Shown: positions 1-19,392 of the stretch, piece by piece
How the letters are laid out: the number at the start of each line of letters is the position of its first letter
How positions within the stretch are numbered: the first letter of the stretch is position 1
Source: the human T2T-CHM13v2.0 reference genome, Homo sapiens
Direction: 5' to 3' (one strand)
Length of the DNA stretch: 64,000 nt
Assembly (NCBI RefSeq): GCF_009914755.1
Contig: NC_060927.1
The notes under the pieces: model-generated
Database searches by the model: none
The model's input: the letters and a program-made list of their open reading frames with translations, nothing else
Told to the model about the DNA's origin: nothing
Made by a program: the position numbers and the translations under genes

Positions 1-1879
1 AACGAACCTGCTGCCCCGACCCTGCGGCTCCGACCGGGGCCGAGCAGCGAAGGACCACCCTGGTCTGGTCACCTACGATTCTGGGTCCAGCTCAGCTGGT
101 GACCTTGCTTAGGCCACACCCCTCTCTGAGCCTCCATCTTCCCTTCAGCAGCTGTGTAGGGTGAACTTAATGTTGTGCAAGATCATGTCCAGCTCTGGAA
201 TTTTAGGATTATGAGCTTATTTACGATCAGCCTGTTGATTCTACCTCTAAAATATAATCTGAACCCGTATACTCCCCTCCATGTCTCCTGGTACTCCATG
301 ATCTTGTCGCTTCCTGCCCGAGTTCTGCAGTTTAGAATAAACCCAGGCCCCTCTCCGCGGACCCTCTGATGGCAGACCTCCATCCCTCTGCACAGGGCCT
401 CACCCACCCAGCCACGTGCTCTGCTGTCAGCCCCCCGGAGCCCCTGGGATCTTTGCACCTGCTGTTTTCTCCGTAGAGAGCTGCCCTCCCTCCACTCCTG
501 GACGGGCTGGCTCCTTCCTTCCTTCCCATCTTTCAGAGCTCAGCTTCAAGTGTTGGCTCCACTGAGAGGCCTTACCCCCAAGTCCCTTTCTAAAAGAACT
601 GTTCCTCCATCATTCCACCTCTCACCCCATTTTTTTCCTATATTTTGTAGCTCTTTCCTTGGGTGGATCTGGTTTTGTGTTAGTCTCTTGTCACCTCCAC
701 TAGGCAGGGACCTCCCAGGGCAGGGACGGACGCACCTGTCCCAGTCATGGCTGATCAGCGAGAGCCAAACATATCATAGCACATGGGGTACTGTAGGTGT
801 TCAAAGGATGCTGGCTGAATGGATGGAGACTTCCTTCATAGAGCCCCATTTTCCTTCCTGATTTCTTAGTCTCAGTTCCCATTTTCTCTCAAAGATCCAG
901 GGGTCACAATGAGAGTGATTATAAAACAAACTACACATGCAACACGAACTCCTCAGTCAATCCCAAGAGGGCTCTCACTCCACACTTCATCATCTGCCCT
1001 GTGACCTCAGATTAAAACTCAGGCTTAACATTTCCTGAGGCCCTGCTCGGTGCCAGGTTCTGGGTCTGTGCTTTCCAGTTGTTTTATGTATCCTTGATAA
1101 CCTCTGTATGGTTGGTGGTAAAATGGAGAGATGTATTTTCCTGCGGGGAAACTGAGTCCTGAGAAACGAGCTAGCCCACAGAGAGCTGGTGGCTGGTAGA
1201 GCCCGGATCCAAAATTGGGAGCGTCTTGCCCCAAGTCCAGTGCTGTTTCCTTTATACCCAATGCCACAGAGCCAAAGTGGTACCTGGCCGAGATCTGGCC
1301 CTGAATGTAGAAGAGGCCAGGGAAAGGTGGAGGGAAGAGGGCATAGGTCCCAGTGTGGGATTCCAGATGACCCCTGTTGTCCAGCTGGCTAGGAGATATG
1401 TGGACCCCAGGGCTGACAGATGTTCCTGAGGGCCACAGGGAACCTGACGGAAGGTTGGTGGCATTTCTAGAGGCAAGTGGTCAGAGAGAGCATGGGGGTT
1501 TTGTGGGGACTGGGAATAACCGAGGGCCTCGTGGCAGGCTGGGTGGCACTGCCCTCTCAACGCTGACCTGTCAGCTGGTTCAGGAAGGCCTTTCTGAGGC
1601 CAGCACAGACTCTATCACACCATGGACCTTCAAGGGATAGCTCTCTTGGCAAAACACCCTTTTGCCAGACCTAATTGCCAGAAGCTGCAGTGGAAATGAG
1701 AACCCAGGATATGGGACGAGACAGACCTATGTGTGGATCTCAGCTCTGCCATTTGCTAGCTGTGTGGCCCTGACAGTCACCTGCCTTGTGAGCTCTGAGT
1801 TCCTTAAGTGTAAAAATGCCATGGTATGGTAGAGAGGAAAGAGACTCATATTTGAATATGACACAGAATAGGCCCTTAG

Positions 1880-2217
1880 TGCCAGCCTCAGGGGCTCACA
1901 CCTGTAATCCCAGCACTTTGGGAGGCCAAGGCAGGCAGGTTGCTGAAGCCCAGGAGTTCGAGACCACCCTGGTCAGTGTGATGAAACTCCGTCTCTAAAA
2001 AAAAAAAAAAAAAAAAAAAAAATTAGCCAAAAAAAAAAAAAAAGCCAGATGTGGTGGTGCAGGCCTGTGGTTGCAGCTACCCAGGAGGCTAAGATGGGAG
2101 GATCACCTGAGCCTGGGAAGGTCGAGGCTGCAGTGAGCTATGATTGTGCCACTGCACACATACTGGGCAACAGAGTGAGACTCTTGTCTCAAAAAAAAAA
2201 AAAAGAAAAAGAAAAAG
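1880..2217 (+). mobile_element. AluJ-like SINE with an expanded central A-tract
   Basis: Both Alu monomers and a polyA tail. Confidence 0.9.
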
Positions 2218-2469
2218 ACCTTAGTAATTCTTGAGAATGAGTGACTGAAGGAAGGAATGGACACCTACCTAAGATGTCCTCCTGGAAGAGAGCATGGAGA
2301 AGGGATCTGAGCTTCTTGCTATTTTCAATGTGAAAAGCTTTAATCTGGCTGTAATACAAGGTCGATTACCCACAGCTTCCAAGAACTTACCACAAAATGT
2401 TAATGATATCAACTGAGATTTTTTTTTTTTCAGGTTGTAAAGTTGTGTTCTCCATCATTGTAAGCAAGT

Positions 2470-2710
2470 AACAACACAGATGATGTGTACCCTGCATCAG
2501 GTGCAGTTCTGAGCACTTTATGCCCACTAACTCATTTCATGGTCACAACAGCCCTACGAGGGAGACAGCATTTTTGTCCTCATTTCTCAGATGAGAACAC
2601 AGAGGCACAAAGAGATTAAATAAATAGCCTGAGGTGACATAGCTAGTCAGTGGCAGAGCAGGACCCAATCCTGGAAGTCTGGCTTCAGAGACAGAGCTCT
2701 TAACTCCACC
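2470..2710 (-). mobile_element. MIR SINE
   Basis: MIR core-like catttctcagatgagaacacagaggcac...gctagtcagtggcagagc. Confidence 0.7.
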
Positions 2711-3653
2711 TGATAGTGATTAATGGCTATAGCAGAATCAGATCAGGGTAAGAGAAGGCATGGCACTGAGCCGGGGAGGCCAGGGAAGGTTGGGCTGGAA
2801 GGATTCTGTTCTCCTTAAAATGGTTGGGAAATAAGACCTCTAAATGAGTGGGAGACTGCGTTGGTGCTTTAGGGGAAGTGGGCCTGCTGGCGGGGGGTCG
2901 CCCACTTTCCACCTTTGGTTGTTCTGAAAAAGACACGGTATTTCTCTTATGACATTTTTGGTAATTATTGTAAATATGTTTTTATATTGTGAAACTCCCC
3001 CCGTCTTAAGCTATATTCGTTTTCTCTTATGAATTTAAAAAATCAAATCTATTGATGCGCATACAATCAAATATATGTAAAAGTGCACATTTCTGAGCTT
3101 TGAGAAACGTACTCGCTTGTGGAACCAGCACAGTTCGGCGACATCGAGCAGGTCTGTCTGGCCTGTCCTGCCCTGCACAGCCGCCTGGAGGTTCACCTGC
3201 ATCATTGCGTGTGTCAGCGCTTGGTGCCTTTCTGTCGCTGAGTAGCGTCTCGCTGTGTGAGTGTACCAGAATTGTTTACTCACTCACCTGGTGAGCTGTT
3301 CTTGGGTTGTTTCTAGTTTGGAGCTGTTATAAATGAAGCTCTGATGAGTGAGTGTGTTTTCACTTCTCTTGGGAGATTATCTAGGACTAGAATTGCTGGG
3401 TCCTATGGTGGAAGTGTATGTTTAACTTTTAAGAAACTGTTATTTTTCAAATTCACTGTGTCGTTTTTGCTGTTGCCACCAGCAGAGTTTGAGAGTTCTG
3501 GTTGTGCCATGTGCTTGTCAGCACTTGGAAGCTGGTAGTCCTTTTCATTCTGGCCATTTGAGTAGATATGCAAGTGGCATCTCATTATGGCTTTTATTGT
3601 AGTTCTCTGATGACAACATCTTTCCCGCATCTCTGATGGGGAACATCTTTTCA

Positions 3654-3980
<327 letters not shown>

Positions 3981-4208
3981 TTATATTTTCTAGACATGAG
4001 TTTTTTGGTCAGATATTGGTATTGCATATATTTTCTCAATGTCTTTGGCTTGCCTTTTCATTTTCTTGATGTTGTCTTTAAGAGAGGAAAAGTTTTGAAT
4101 TCTGAAGTTCAGTTAATAATTTTTTTCTCTTACAGTTCCTGCTTTTAGTGTCCTAAGAAATCTTTGCCTATGTCCAAAGTCTTACTGATTTTTCTTTTTT
4201 TTTCCTAA

Positions 4209-4526
<318 letters not shown>

Positions 4527-6947
4527 GTTTTAGCTTTTACATATATGTTTGTGATTGATTTCAAGTTAATTTCATGTAGGGTATGAGTTAAGGGTGAAAG
4601 TTCATTTTTCTCTATGTGGTTATCTAATTGTTCCAGCAATGTTTGTTGAAAAGATTGTCCTTTCTCGTCAAATTACTGTGCCACCTTTGTTGAAAGTCAC
4701 CTGCCCGTGTTTGTGGGTCTGTTTCTACCTCTGTATTCCTGGTTATCCTCATCTCAGTACCAAACTATCTGCTGCCTGAAGCTTTATAGAGTCAGTGGGT
4801 CAGTGTCTGCCTTGTTACTTGGTCTCCGATGGTCCGGCCCAGTGGCAGAGGATGTCACCTTGCCAGCACATGCCTCCCTAGGATTGGATCATGCCCCTCT
4901 CCTGAGAAGCCATGTCACCTGCATTTGCATTATTTGAAGGTGCAAGATGTCCCTTCTCACCAAGTGAAGTTGGTGTGTTTATATCCTGCGTCCTCCCCAC
5001 CTCACCCTGGAACTCTGAGCTCTCCAGTTTTCCTCCTCCTCTTCTCCCTCTCTCTGATGTTGACCCCAAAAGCCCTTTGAGGTAGAGAACAAACATGTAA
5101 AAGTGCCTGCCTTTTTAAAGGGAAACTTTTCAAAAACTTTTCTAAGGAACTGGAAATAAGAACTACGTAACAGAAACCATTTCACAACCTTCAGCATGGC
5201 CATTTATCTCAATAACCATTTCGTTTAAAATGTGGGCCAAACATATAAATCATATCTTGAAAGAAAGCATGTGGGTGCCACAAAAATCACCCTGTATTCT
5301 TACCATCTAATTTTAAAAATGTGTTTCGAAGCCTGGAAAAAGGCAAACAAGCCTGGGGCCCGTGCCCTCCTCCCACAGGGCCAGGGATGCAGCGGAGAGG
5401 CTGGAGCACTGGACAGCATACCCCGTTGCTAGCCATTCGCGTCAGCGACAGGAGCCACTGCTCTTGAAACCTCCCTCCTCTGCATGTCACTTGGTAGATC
5501 AGGAGCTGAGAGCCCCAAAACCAGTCTGCTTCTAACCAGTGCTTGGACAAGCCCTTGCACTTAGGCAGTAAACACTCCAGGAGAGATCGTGTAGATATTG
5601 GTGCTTATTTAGCGACATCCCCAGAGGGAGGGTGCCAAATATAGCGGGACCCTGAGGTCCATTTTCCAGACTAATAAGAGGGGGAGACCTAGAGCAGCCT
5701 GTCGCTGTGGGCTGGGAATTCCAGAGTCTTCTGCCGGAAACCTCACTAAGGATTGCAAGGCTAAGATGTCAGCATTTCCTCTTGGCAGGTTTCATATTTG
5801 CTTCTTAGCACTTCCTGGGAGGGAAAAACAAAAGACACCGGCAGATGTACCTTGCCATGGGCCATGGCCCTTCCTGTGGCCCGTGTACCTCTCACCTGGG
5901 TCCCTGGAGACACCAGTATCCCCACTGCTACACTGACCCTTTTTTCTCATCTGGTCTTCCATATTTCCTCTTTCCCAGCCTAGTAGCTGCTCTCAACCAC
6001 CCTCTGCTTCCCTCTTGCTCCTCCTTTAAGATGACAGTCCCCTGGGCATCCTCCCGGGCACCCCCTCCCGGGCGTCAGGTCTCTGTTTCCAGCCTGGGCT
6101 CTGTTCTTGGGAGTGAAGAAGGTGACGTTTGGAACGGCTGAGCATAACCTGTGCCTCAAGTGTAGCTCGGAGGTGCTGACCTTCCTCTGGGTCTAGGTTC
6201 TGAGGCATGAGACTGTTCCTTCAGACTCCTAGCTCCTTGTCAGTTGCAGCCCTGAGCATCTTTGTAGGGGGAGTGGGGAGGATTTGGGGGATGGAATGCC
6301 TCTGGAGGTGGCATGCCAGCCCACACGTGTGCACAGGCCTGGTCTGCTGCCCCCCTCCCTGGAGGTGCCTTTAATCAGCTGCACAGGCCACAGTTAGATG
6401 GCGGCGTCCTCCAACCGACCCCACGGTGCAGGAGCAGCCCCACCCTGCCAACATGAAACCTGTCGTTTTCTCCTTTTAATCTCCTCATCCCTGGCTGCCC
6501 GATGTTCCTTGTGTAAGTCACGCTTTACATCTTACCAGCCGCCTTGGCCATGACTGTCTTTGTAGTAGAACCTTAACCTTGTTCCTGGAACCCCGGAGCA
6601 GTGGGTGTCATGGGGCAGTGCACGTGCTCTCTGGACTGGCAGCAGGGGGCTGGGGTTGGAAAGGCTGGGAGAACTCCTCCCTCAGAAGACTAGAAGTAGC
6701 CCCCACAGTTCTGTTTCCTTCTTGCTCCCATCTTCCCCCCTGCCTCAGCCCTCAGCTGCCTGTGTCTGGAGAGCTGAGTTTGGGGCAATGGTTCCCTGAG
6801 AAGAGGGGTTTGGTCTTAATTCCTCTGCCAAGTCTGGTGCCCAGGCTCGAGGAGGCAGTGAGTGCTTAGAGTACAAGAGTGGGAAGGCAGGCGGGTGTCT
6901 TTCCAAAGGGAGGCACCGGGGTGGTGTGTTAGGAGGAGCACAAGGCT

Positions 6948-7152
6948 GGCCGCGGTGGCTCATGCCTGTACTCCCAGTGCTTTGGGAGACTGAGGTGGGC
7001 GGATCACCTGAGGTCAGGAGTTGGAGACCAGCCTGGCCAACATGGTGAAACCCCATCTCTACTAAAAATACCAAAAAATTAGCTAGGCGTGGTGGCGCAC
7101 GCCTGTTATCCCGGCTACTCAGGAGGCTGAGGCACGAGAATTGCTTGAACCG
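6948..7152 (+). mobile_element. 3'-truncated AluS
   Basis: Alu sequence stops at ttgcttgaacc; no tail. Confidence 0.88.
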
Positions 7153-9212
7153 CGGACCTCTGGGGACGGGAGGGGGAGGACCCATTTCATCTCTGCTGAA
7201 GGATGGTGACAGGCTGGGGATGGAGGGTGGGCAGGGGCAAGGGCTGGGGCTGCTGGCAGCAGACATCAAGGGCACCCAAGTCCCTACAGGGCATGAACCA
7301 TCAGCCCCAGGCTGGCCTCACCATCTGCTCTGGCCTTCCCTGCTTTGTGCAGTCTGCCTGCTCCCTTCCCTCTTGGTTCACTCCTTCAGGCTGCTCATCT
7401 GCCCGCACCAGCAGTCTGAAGCAGTCACACCGGCCATCCTTGGCCCAGGGGTGAAGGGATCTGGGAGCTTTTGCTTCTGGATTCATTGTGAGAGTAGGCA
7501 GGGCTAATTCTGAGTTGCCCCAGGTCCCCATGCTGCGATGGGGCTCCGGGCAGGAATCTGGGAGCCAGGAAGTCAGACCCTGGGCCTTCACCCGGCAGCA
7601 CTTCCCTGTGGCCCTCTCCAGGGCCCAGGTATGGCTGCAAAAGCAGACCTGGGTCCAGCAAGGGAAATGGTTAACCCGTGAGGCCCCCCATCTGCAGAGC
7701 CCCACAGCTACTGCCTTGCAGAGCACCCTTTTTCTGACCAGCCCCAATCCTGCCTGGGGCCTCTTAGAGTCCAGAAGCAAGAAGTACCCACCGCTGTGTG
7801 TCCCTGTGGCCTCTGGCCCAGAGCCAACCCACAGTGAGGCCAGGAAGGGGAATGAGGGCGTCAGTGGCCTGGGACCCAGACTTCCCTCAGAAAGCTGGCC
7901 TGCCACCCCAGCTGCTCCCGCCTGGGGATGCTCACAGTGCTTGCCCCCGCCCACCCCTGTCCTTCTGGGCCCTGGAGTCCAAGGGCCTGACGTGCTGGAG
8001 TCCTCAGAAGCCAGCTGGGCCGAGGGGCCCGCCCTTGACTGTGTGTGTCTCAGGTATTATGGTCACACCAAAAATCCCCCTTTCTTTTCTGCCCTATGGA
8101 ATCATATCCAGAACAGATGGTTCTGAATCATTGTTCCTGCAAAGCCTCTCTACTAGACCAGGCTCTGAGCCGGGGCTGGGGATACAGTGGTGACCAGACA
8201 GACCAGGCCCTACCCTCACGCAGCACGCAGTCCCCTGGGGAAGTCAGATGCACAGACTACAAGGTGACAGCAAATTATGGTGGGGTCGCAGGAGGAACCA
8301 AGAGGGCTGAGAATAAGGTAGGCCAGCAGGGAAGTCGCTGCAGACCCAGCGGAGCCAGCTGTGTGGGAGGGGCTGCGGAGAGGAGCTTTCTAAGCCAAAG
8401 AAGCCTGTGAAAAGGCTGAGCAAGGGGAGAGCCAGGAGGCTGCGGCCGCTGGAATCTGGTGGGCCAGAGAGAGGGTGCCGGGGTGGGGAGCTTGGAGGGG
8501 TGTGCAGGGCCAGGGCTGGGGGCCTAGGGCCCTGAAGAGTTTGGACTTCACTCTCCCTCTGTGCAAGGGGAAGATTTTGAAGGCTGCAAAACTTGGGAAA
8601 GATGATGGGATTGTTTTTTTGAGAAATTCAGTCTGATGCCCTGTGGGTGGAACAGTGCCAGAGGCTTATGGACACCCCAGAAGAACCACGGTGACGGATA
8701 CCTGTGGGGACAACAGATCCTTCTCTTGTGGGCATCGAGAGCCTGCGCAGTGACCCTGGAGCGAGCCCTGCCTCCCATCCTCGGCTCCCGGCTGGAGAGT
8801 CTCCACGGCCTGCAGCCGCTCCTTCCTCTCTGCTCTTTCCTGCCCCTGCCAGGCCACCTCCCTGTCTCTTCTTGTCCATAAACCTGACCTAGGACTTCAC
8901 GGACCAAGCCCTAACCCACAGCCTTCTGGCCTTGGCAGCCCCGCCAGCCCTGTCCCCTCTCTGGGCCTCGGGGCTGTGCTTGGGCTCCGTGTCCCGAGCA
9001 GCCCTGCCAGGCCTAGCTCTCCTGGGCGTGTGTCTCTCTGTTGTCAGCCCCCCTGGCGGTTCTTCCTTGGAATCATCTTCTGGATGTCCCCTCTCCTTTT
9101 TCTCCTCTAGTCCCTGTAGCCACCCCCTGGCAGTGCTCAGTAAGGGCTAGCAAACTAGCAGCCTCCTGCAGAAGAAGTGGGGGTTAGCACCCCCATACCC
9201 CCATTGTTTCCC

Positions 9213-9835
<623 letters not shown>

Positions 9836-10669
9836 TAACGGACACACAGAAATATAATTGTGCCATTCCCAAGGTAATTACAGTGTTTATAAAAGAAGAA
9901 CCTTAGTTCATGGCATGCTTCAGGCAGTGTGGTCCAGAAATGGGACCCAAGTTTGAAATTGGATGATGAGGGCTCCTTTCAAACTCGTCTGTCTCCTTTG
10001 GAGAGAGTTAAACCTCAAGGCCCTTTGGGTGTGTGTGGTCCAGGCTGAGCCTTCTCCCTCATTCCTTGTGATGGGCCCAATTGAAAGGTCCCTCTTCCCC
10101 TAATGCAGAGTGGCAGCCCATCCCTGCCCTCTTCCATTGCAGGGCAGCGGCCAGTGGGGAGCGCTGAGGTGCTCAGGTCAGGCTGACCAGAGGGGCTGAG
10201 CCCACCCTTGCCAGCGGAGAGCAGCACAGGCTGATGCCATCCTCTCCCTAACTGTCCAAGCCATGGGCTCTGCCTTCTGAACTGGGTCATACCAAGGTGG
10301 GGACTTGGGAGCCAGGTCAGGAGCTGGCCTGTCCTTTCGGCTGCCCAGGTTTATTCATGGTGCTGGTGGGTGTGTGCTGTTGCTCTTGGGCACCTATTGT
10401 GCATTTGCGTGACAGGCGGTGAATGGAAGAGTGTCTGGGGCCCAGAGGGCAGAATCAGAGACTGTCCTTAATCGTCTTTAGAGGGAATTATGTTTAACAG
10501 GAAGTAGTGAGAGAAAGTGGAAAAGGCCTCTTCCTTCGCCCTTGCTAGCTTGGTCTCCTTGACAAGTTCTGCTGTTTTCTCTGTGCTTCAGTCCCCTACT
10601 TTGTAAAATGGGGGCAAACATGTGACACCATTGTCCTCAGGGCTGCCGGGAAGAGAGTGGAGGCAGGGG

Positions 10670-15720
<5,051 letters not shown>

Positions 15721-18114
15721 ACTAAGAGGACATTCACTGTGCCCCTTCTCCACACCAGTTGCACTGCCAAGGACACAGCTGCGGTGAGGACACAGTAGAG
15801 CCTGCAGATCCCAGCCCCCAGTCCCACTCCAGTCCCTGTCCCTATCCCCAGGAGTCCCTGTTCTGGTTATTTCTTGAGGTTTCAAATGAAGATGGCTGCT
15901 GCCCTCTGAGCCCAGCCAATGGGACGAAGCCAGTGGAGAGCCCGTCCCTGCCCCAGAGATTCGCTCTGGAAAATCCCTGAGTGGTTTTGTAAAATGCATT
16001 TTACAAAATAATAATCCCCGCACAATAAGTCTTCTGGGTGTCTCGCAGGATCCCCTGCACAGCTCAGGCACTGCCAGCAGCCGCATCCCCTCGAGTGGCT
16101 CAATCTGTCCAGGAGCAAGGGGTCAGCCAGGCACCTTCCAGGGCCAGTCCCAGGCCACCCAGTCCCAGTGTGGCTGAGCACCTATGCCTCTTCCCCATAG
16201 CTAAAAACCCAGTAAAATGGATGATAAAATGGGTAACACCTCCCTGAAAGTTTCTACTTTCCTATAAAGCCCAGCCCCGGCCCAGGCCCGAGTCCTCTTA
16301 TGAACAGAACAACCCCAACCACCCATTTGCAGAGGGCACTGCTGTTTGGTACTGACCCTGCCCTGCCCAGGCTGGCAGCCCTCCAAGGAGGCTGGGCAGG
16401 AGGTCCCGGAGGACACGGCCCACAATGCTCACCCTTTTCATTCTCCATCTTGCCCCATCACCTCCCACCTCGGCCCCTTCCTCCAGGCAGCCCGCCCCGC
16501 CCTTTTCCACACACCCCTGGTTCCCAGCACTGAAGCTTGCTTGCTGTGTGATCTCAGGCCAATTGCCTTACCTCTCTGGGCTTGTTTCCATCTTCACCTC
16601 ACAGGTAGATGTGAGGAGTGAAAGAGGGAGTATTCGCAGCAGGTCTACACAGCGTGTGGCACAGAGCTGGCTACATGAATGTGTGTTCGTTGAATGGGAG
16701 AGTGAAAGAATGGATGGATTGTGCTGGCAAACCCTCCAGGGGCTCAGTTTCTTCCACTCAGACCATCAGAACCCAGAGATCAGATCCAGGAGCTCCTAAA
16801 TGCAACCTTTGTTAGAAACACAGCTCCCCTGCCCTGCACTGCTCAGTCCCACCCTGGGGGAGTTTCCAGCCGCACTGAGGATGAGCTCGGTGGGGACCTG
16901 ACCCAGAGATAGGGACACCTGGTCACTGGACCGCAGACCGGCCCATCCACAGCCTGGCTGGGCTGGCATCTAGACCTCGCTTGGCAGTCCCCTCCCGAGA
17001 GCTCAGATAGTTTGGCCTCGGGAGACAGGGGCAGTGAGAAGGCTGCCTCCCCTCAGCCTGGGAGCTGGGTCCTCAGGAGAGAGGAAATTTCCTTCTATTT
17101 ATTTTCGACATCCTCGACTTTGAAAGCCAAGCTGGTGTTGATATTTACCTTGGCCAGGCCTCCCATCTCCCCGGGCCAGCCTCGTGTAAACATGCTGTTC
17201 CTTCTCTCAGCTCTGCTAGCACTGAGGTGGCCTTTTGCAACCAATTCTAGGAATTTGGAAGTCTGAAGGCGTAGGTTCAGGGACTGGCCCTCCAGGGAGC
17301 CCTGGGTGCCAGGGGCCCTGGGACCTGCTGTGCTGGCCTTGGGCTCTCTCCCTGGGGGCTGACACCAAGGACTGCAGGGAATGAATGGGCCTGGGCCCAT
17401 GGGGGTGTCGGCCAGGGTGGCTCTTGCTGGGTCCCTCAGTTCTCCTCACAGCCACGTTGGGGCCTCCTGCTCCCCAGGTTCACTGCGAGGCTCAGACTCG
17501 GAGGACACGCATTGAGGGACTGTGGCAGGATCTGGCTGTCTCCACTGTCTTTGCTCCAGGCCACCTCCACCCTGGCTGGTGGGGAGGGCTTGCTCTTGAG
17601 CCAGCTCTCTAGTGTGAGTTGGGAGTGTGGGCAGCTGGACTACAGTTAGAGGGAACATGGAGCAGGTGCCCAGGGTGCAGCCTCCCAAGGCAGCACGTGC
17701 CCATGCCAGAATTCCTGCCCTCAGGGAGATTGCCTTCCAGAGGGCAGGTGGACCACAAGGAGAACAAGCTGGCTTGGGGTGGGGGTGAGTGCTGCAGAAG
17801 CCAGGATGAGCAGAGGCTGGCTGGGTCAGGGACGGTCCCCCGAGGTGGACATGCAGGAGGTGAGCAGAGGCACATTCCCCAGTGCAAATCCCAGCCCTCC
17901 CCTGTTGGTTCCACCAGGTGGTTCACACACTAGTGACGCCTTGGCAAGTCTGAGATTTGGTTTCCTTGTACAGAAATGGGGTGACAGTCCCTCAGAAACA
18001 AGGGAGTGGTTCTGCAGGTGGGAGCTGCCATGACTGCTGCGGTTTTGAAGCATCTGTGTGCCCCCCACCGGGCAGTGGGACATCTCGGCTGAGCCTCTCC
18101 CCTTCTCCATGCAG

Positions 18115-18147
18115 ATCTGGGACATGAGCGATGATGAGACCATCTGA
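18115..18147 (+). CDS. ATG7: ATG7 terminal coding exon (C-terminus IWDMSDDETI*)
   Basis: Pyrimidine tract plus acceptor (ctctccccttctccatgcag|) followed by ATC TGG GAC ATG AGC GAT GAT GAG ACC ATC TGA, which matches the known C-terminus of the autophagy E1-like enzyme ATG7. Confidence 0.95.
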   Translation: MWDMSDDETI

Positions 18148-19382
18148 GATGGCCCCGCTGTGGGGCTGACTTCTCCCCGGCCGCCTGCTGAGGAGCTCTC
18201 CATCGCCAGAGCAGGACTGCTGACCCCAGGCCTGGTGATTCTGGGCCCCTCCTCCATACCCCGAGGTCTGGGATTCCCCCCTCTGCTGCCCAGGAGTGGC
18301 CAGTGTTCGGCGTTGCTCGGGATTCAAGATACCACCAGTTCAGAGCTAAATAATAACCTTGGCCTTGGCCTTGCTATTGACCTGGGACTTGGTCCTCCAT
18401 GCAGTTTTTATTTCTTGTCACAGTGACTGATAGCCATCCCCCAGGATCCTTTCCCCTTGGCCCTGAGGGGGTGACCCAACACAGACCAAATGGGGAAATG
18501 AGCAACCAGCTCCTGCCCAGAGCCACTGCGGGAGGTGGCACCCTCATCCCCGGAATGTGCTGCCCACCGCACCGCAGGCTCCTCCTGTGGGGGCCCTGGG
18601 CATGGGTGAGGGTGGGACCCCGTGAGCGCACTGCACCCTGGCCCTGGTGGAGCGGGAGGAGGAGGAGAGCCGAGCTGGGTACGAGACTAAAGGGCCCACA
18701 TGACCCAGTGACGCCAGATTTCCACCGAGGACTGAGTGAGCTGCTCAGACATGGCTTTCTGCCTCCCAGCCTGTCCTCCACTGTGGGCATAGCATCTGTG
18801 CCTGCCTGCCTGCTTGAGGGAGAGGAGTTTCTGCTGCTGCCTTGAGCTGGGGGGAAGAGCCCAGGGGCAGATCCTGGCAGCTGCCTGGATGGGGCTCCTC
18901 CCTGCCCTTATGAGCAGGCCAGGCCCAGAAAGGCCGAGCCTGGGCTGCCTTCCTGCCCCAGCCGAGGGAGGGGTCAGACGGCTCTACCATGGGTAACTCA
19001 GGCAAGAGCTGGTTTTCCTCTTTATTCTGGGTGTGTGCAGCTGTGAGGCCCCAACCCAGGAGAGGCCATGGCCTAGGTACCTGTGACCACCCTGCCCCCG
19101 TGTAGAGGGCATCGTCTTTCCTGCTATTTTATTCTTTCAGCTTTTGTCTTAGGCCCAGAATCAAAGTGAAAATTGAGTCGAGCTGACCCTTACAACAGTA
19201 GGATTTAGTAGGGTAGATTTCAAATGAGGCTTCGCTTCTCCCAAAGTAGCCAGTCCAAGTTCCAGTGGCTGTCGTTCAGCTCATGGGAGCTTCATGGGGA
19301 CACAGCCGGCACAGGTGCAGGGCCCGAGTCCGCCCACCCAGCCTGGCGCTGAAACTGCACACGTACACTATGTGGTTTAAGA

Positions 19383-19390
19383 GCACTTTA
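19383..19390 (+). promoter_or_regulatory. miR-17/20/93/106 family 8mer site (GCACUUUA) in the ATG7 3'UTR; second 7mer at 19878-19884
   Basis: Exact seed match; miR-17-family targeting of ATG7 has been reported. Confidence 0.6.
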
Positions 19391-19392
19391 TT
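19387..19392 (-). terminator. VGLL4: VGLL4 polyadenylation signal AATAAA
   Basis: Plus-strand TTTATT; the downstream minus-strand sequence is GU-rich (gtgtacgtgtg). Confidence 0.75.

Noticed and set aside
7301-8193. Overlapping 212-217 aa ORFs on both strands
   Set aside because: GC-rich intron, low-complexity P/G/S/W-rich translation, no recognisable domain or splice context; consistent with chance.
9045-9135. CTCF-like motifs (ccccctggcgg, ccccctggcag), also near 30376-30450
   Set aside because: Each has mismatches to the core consensus; not supportable without ChIP data.
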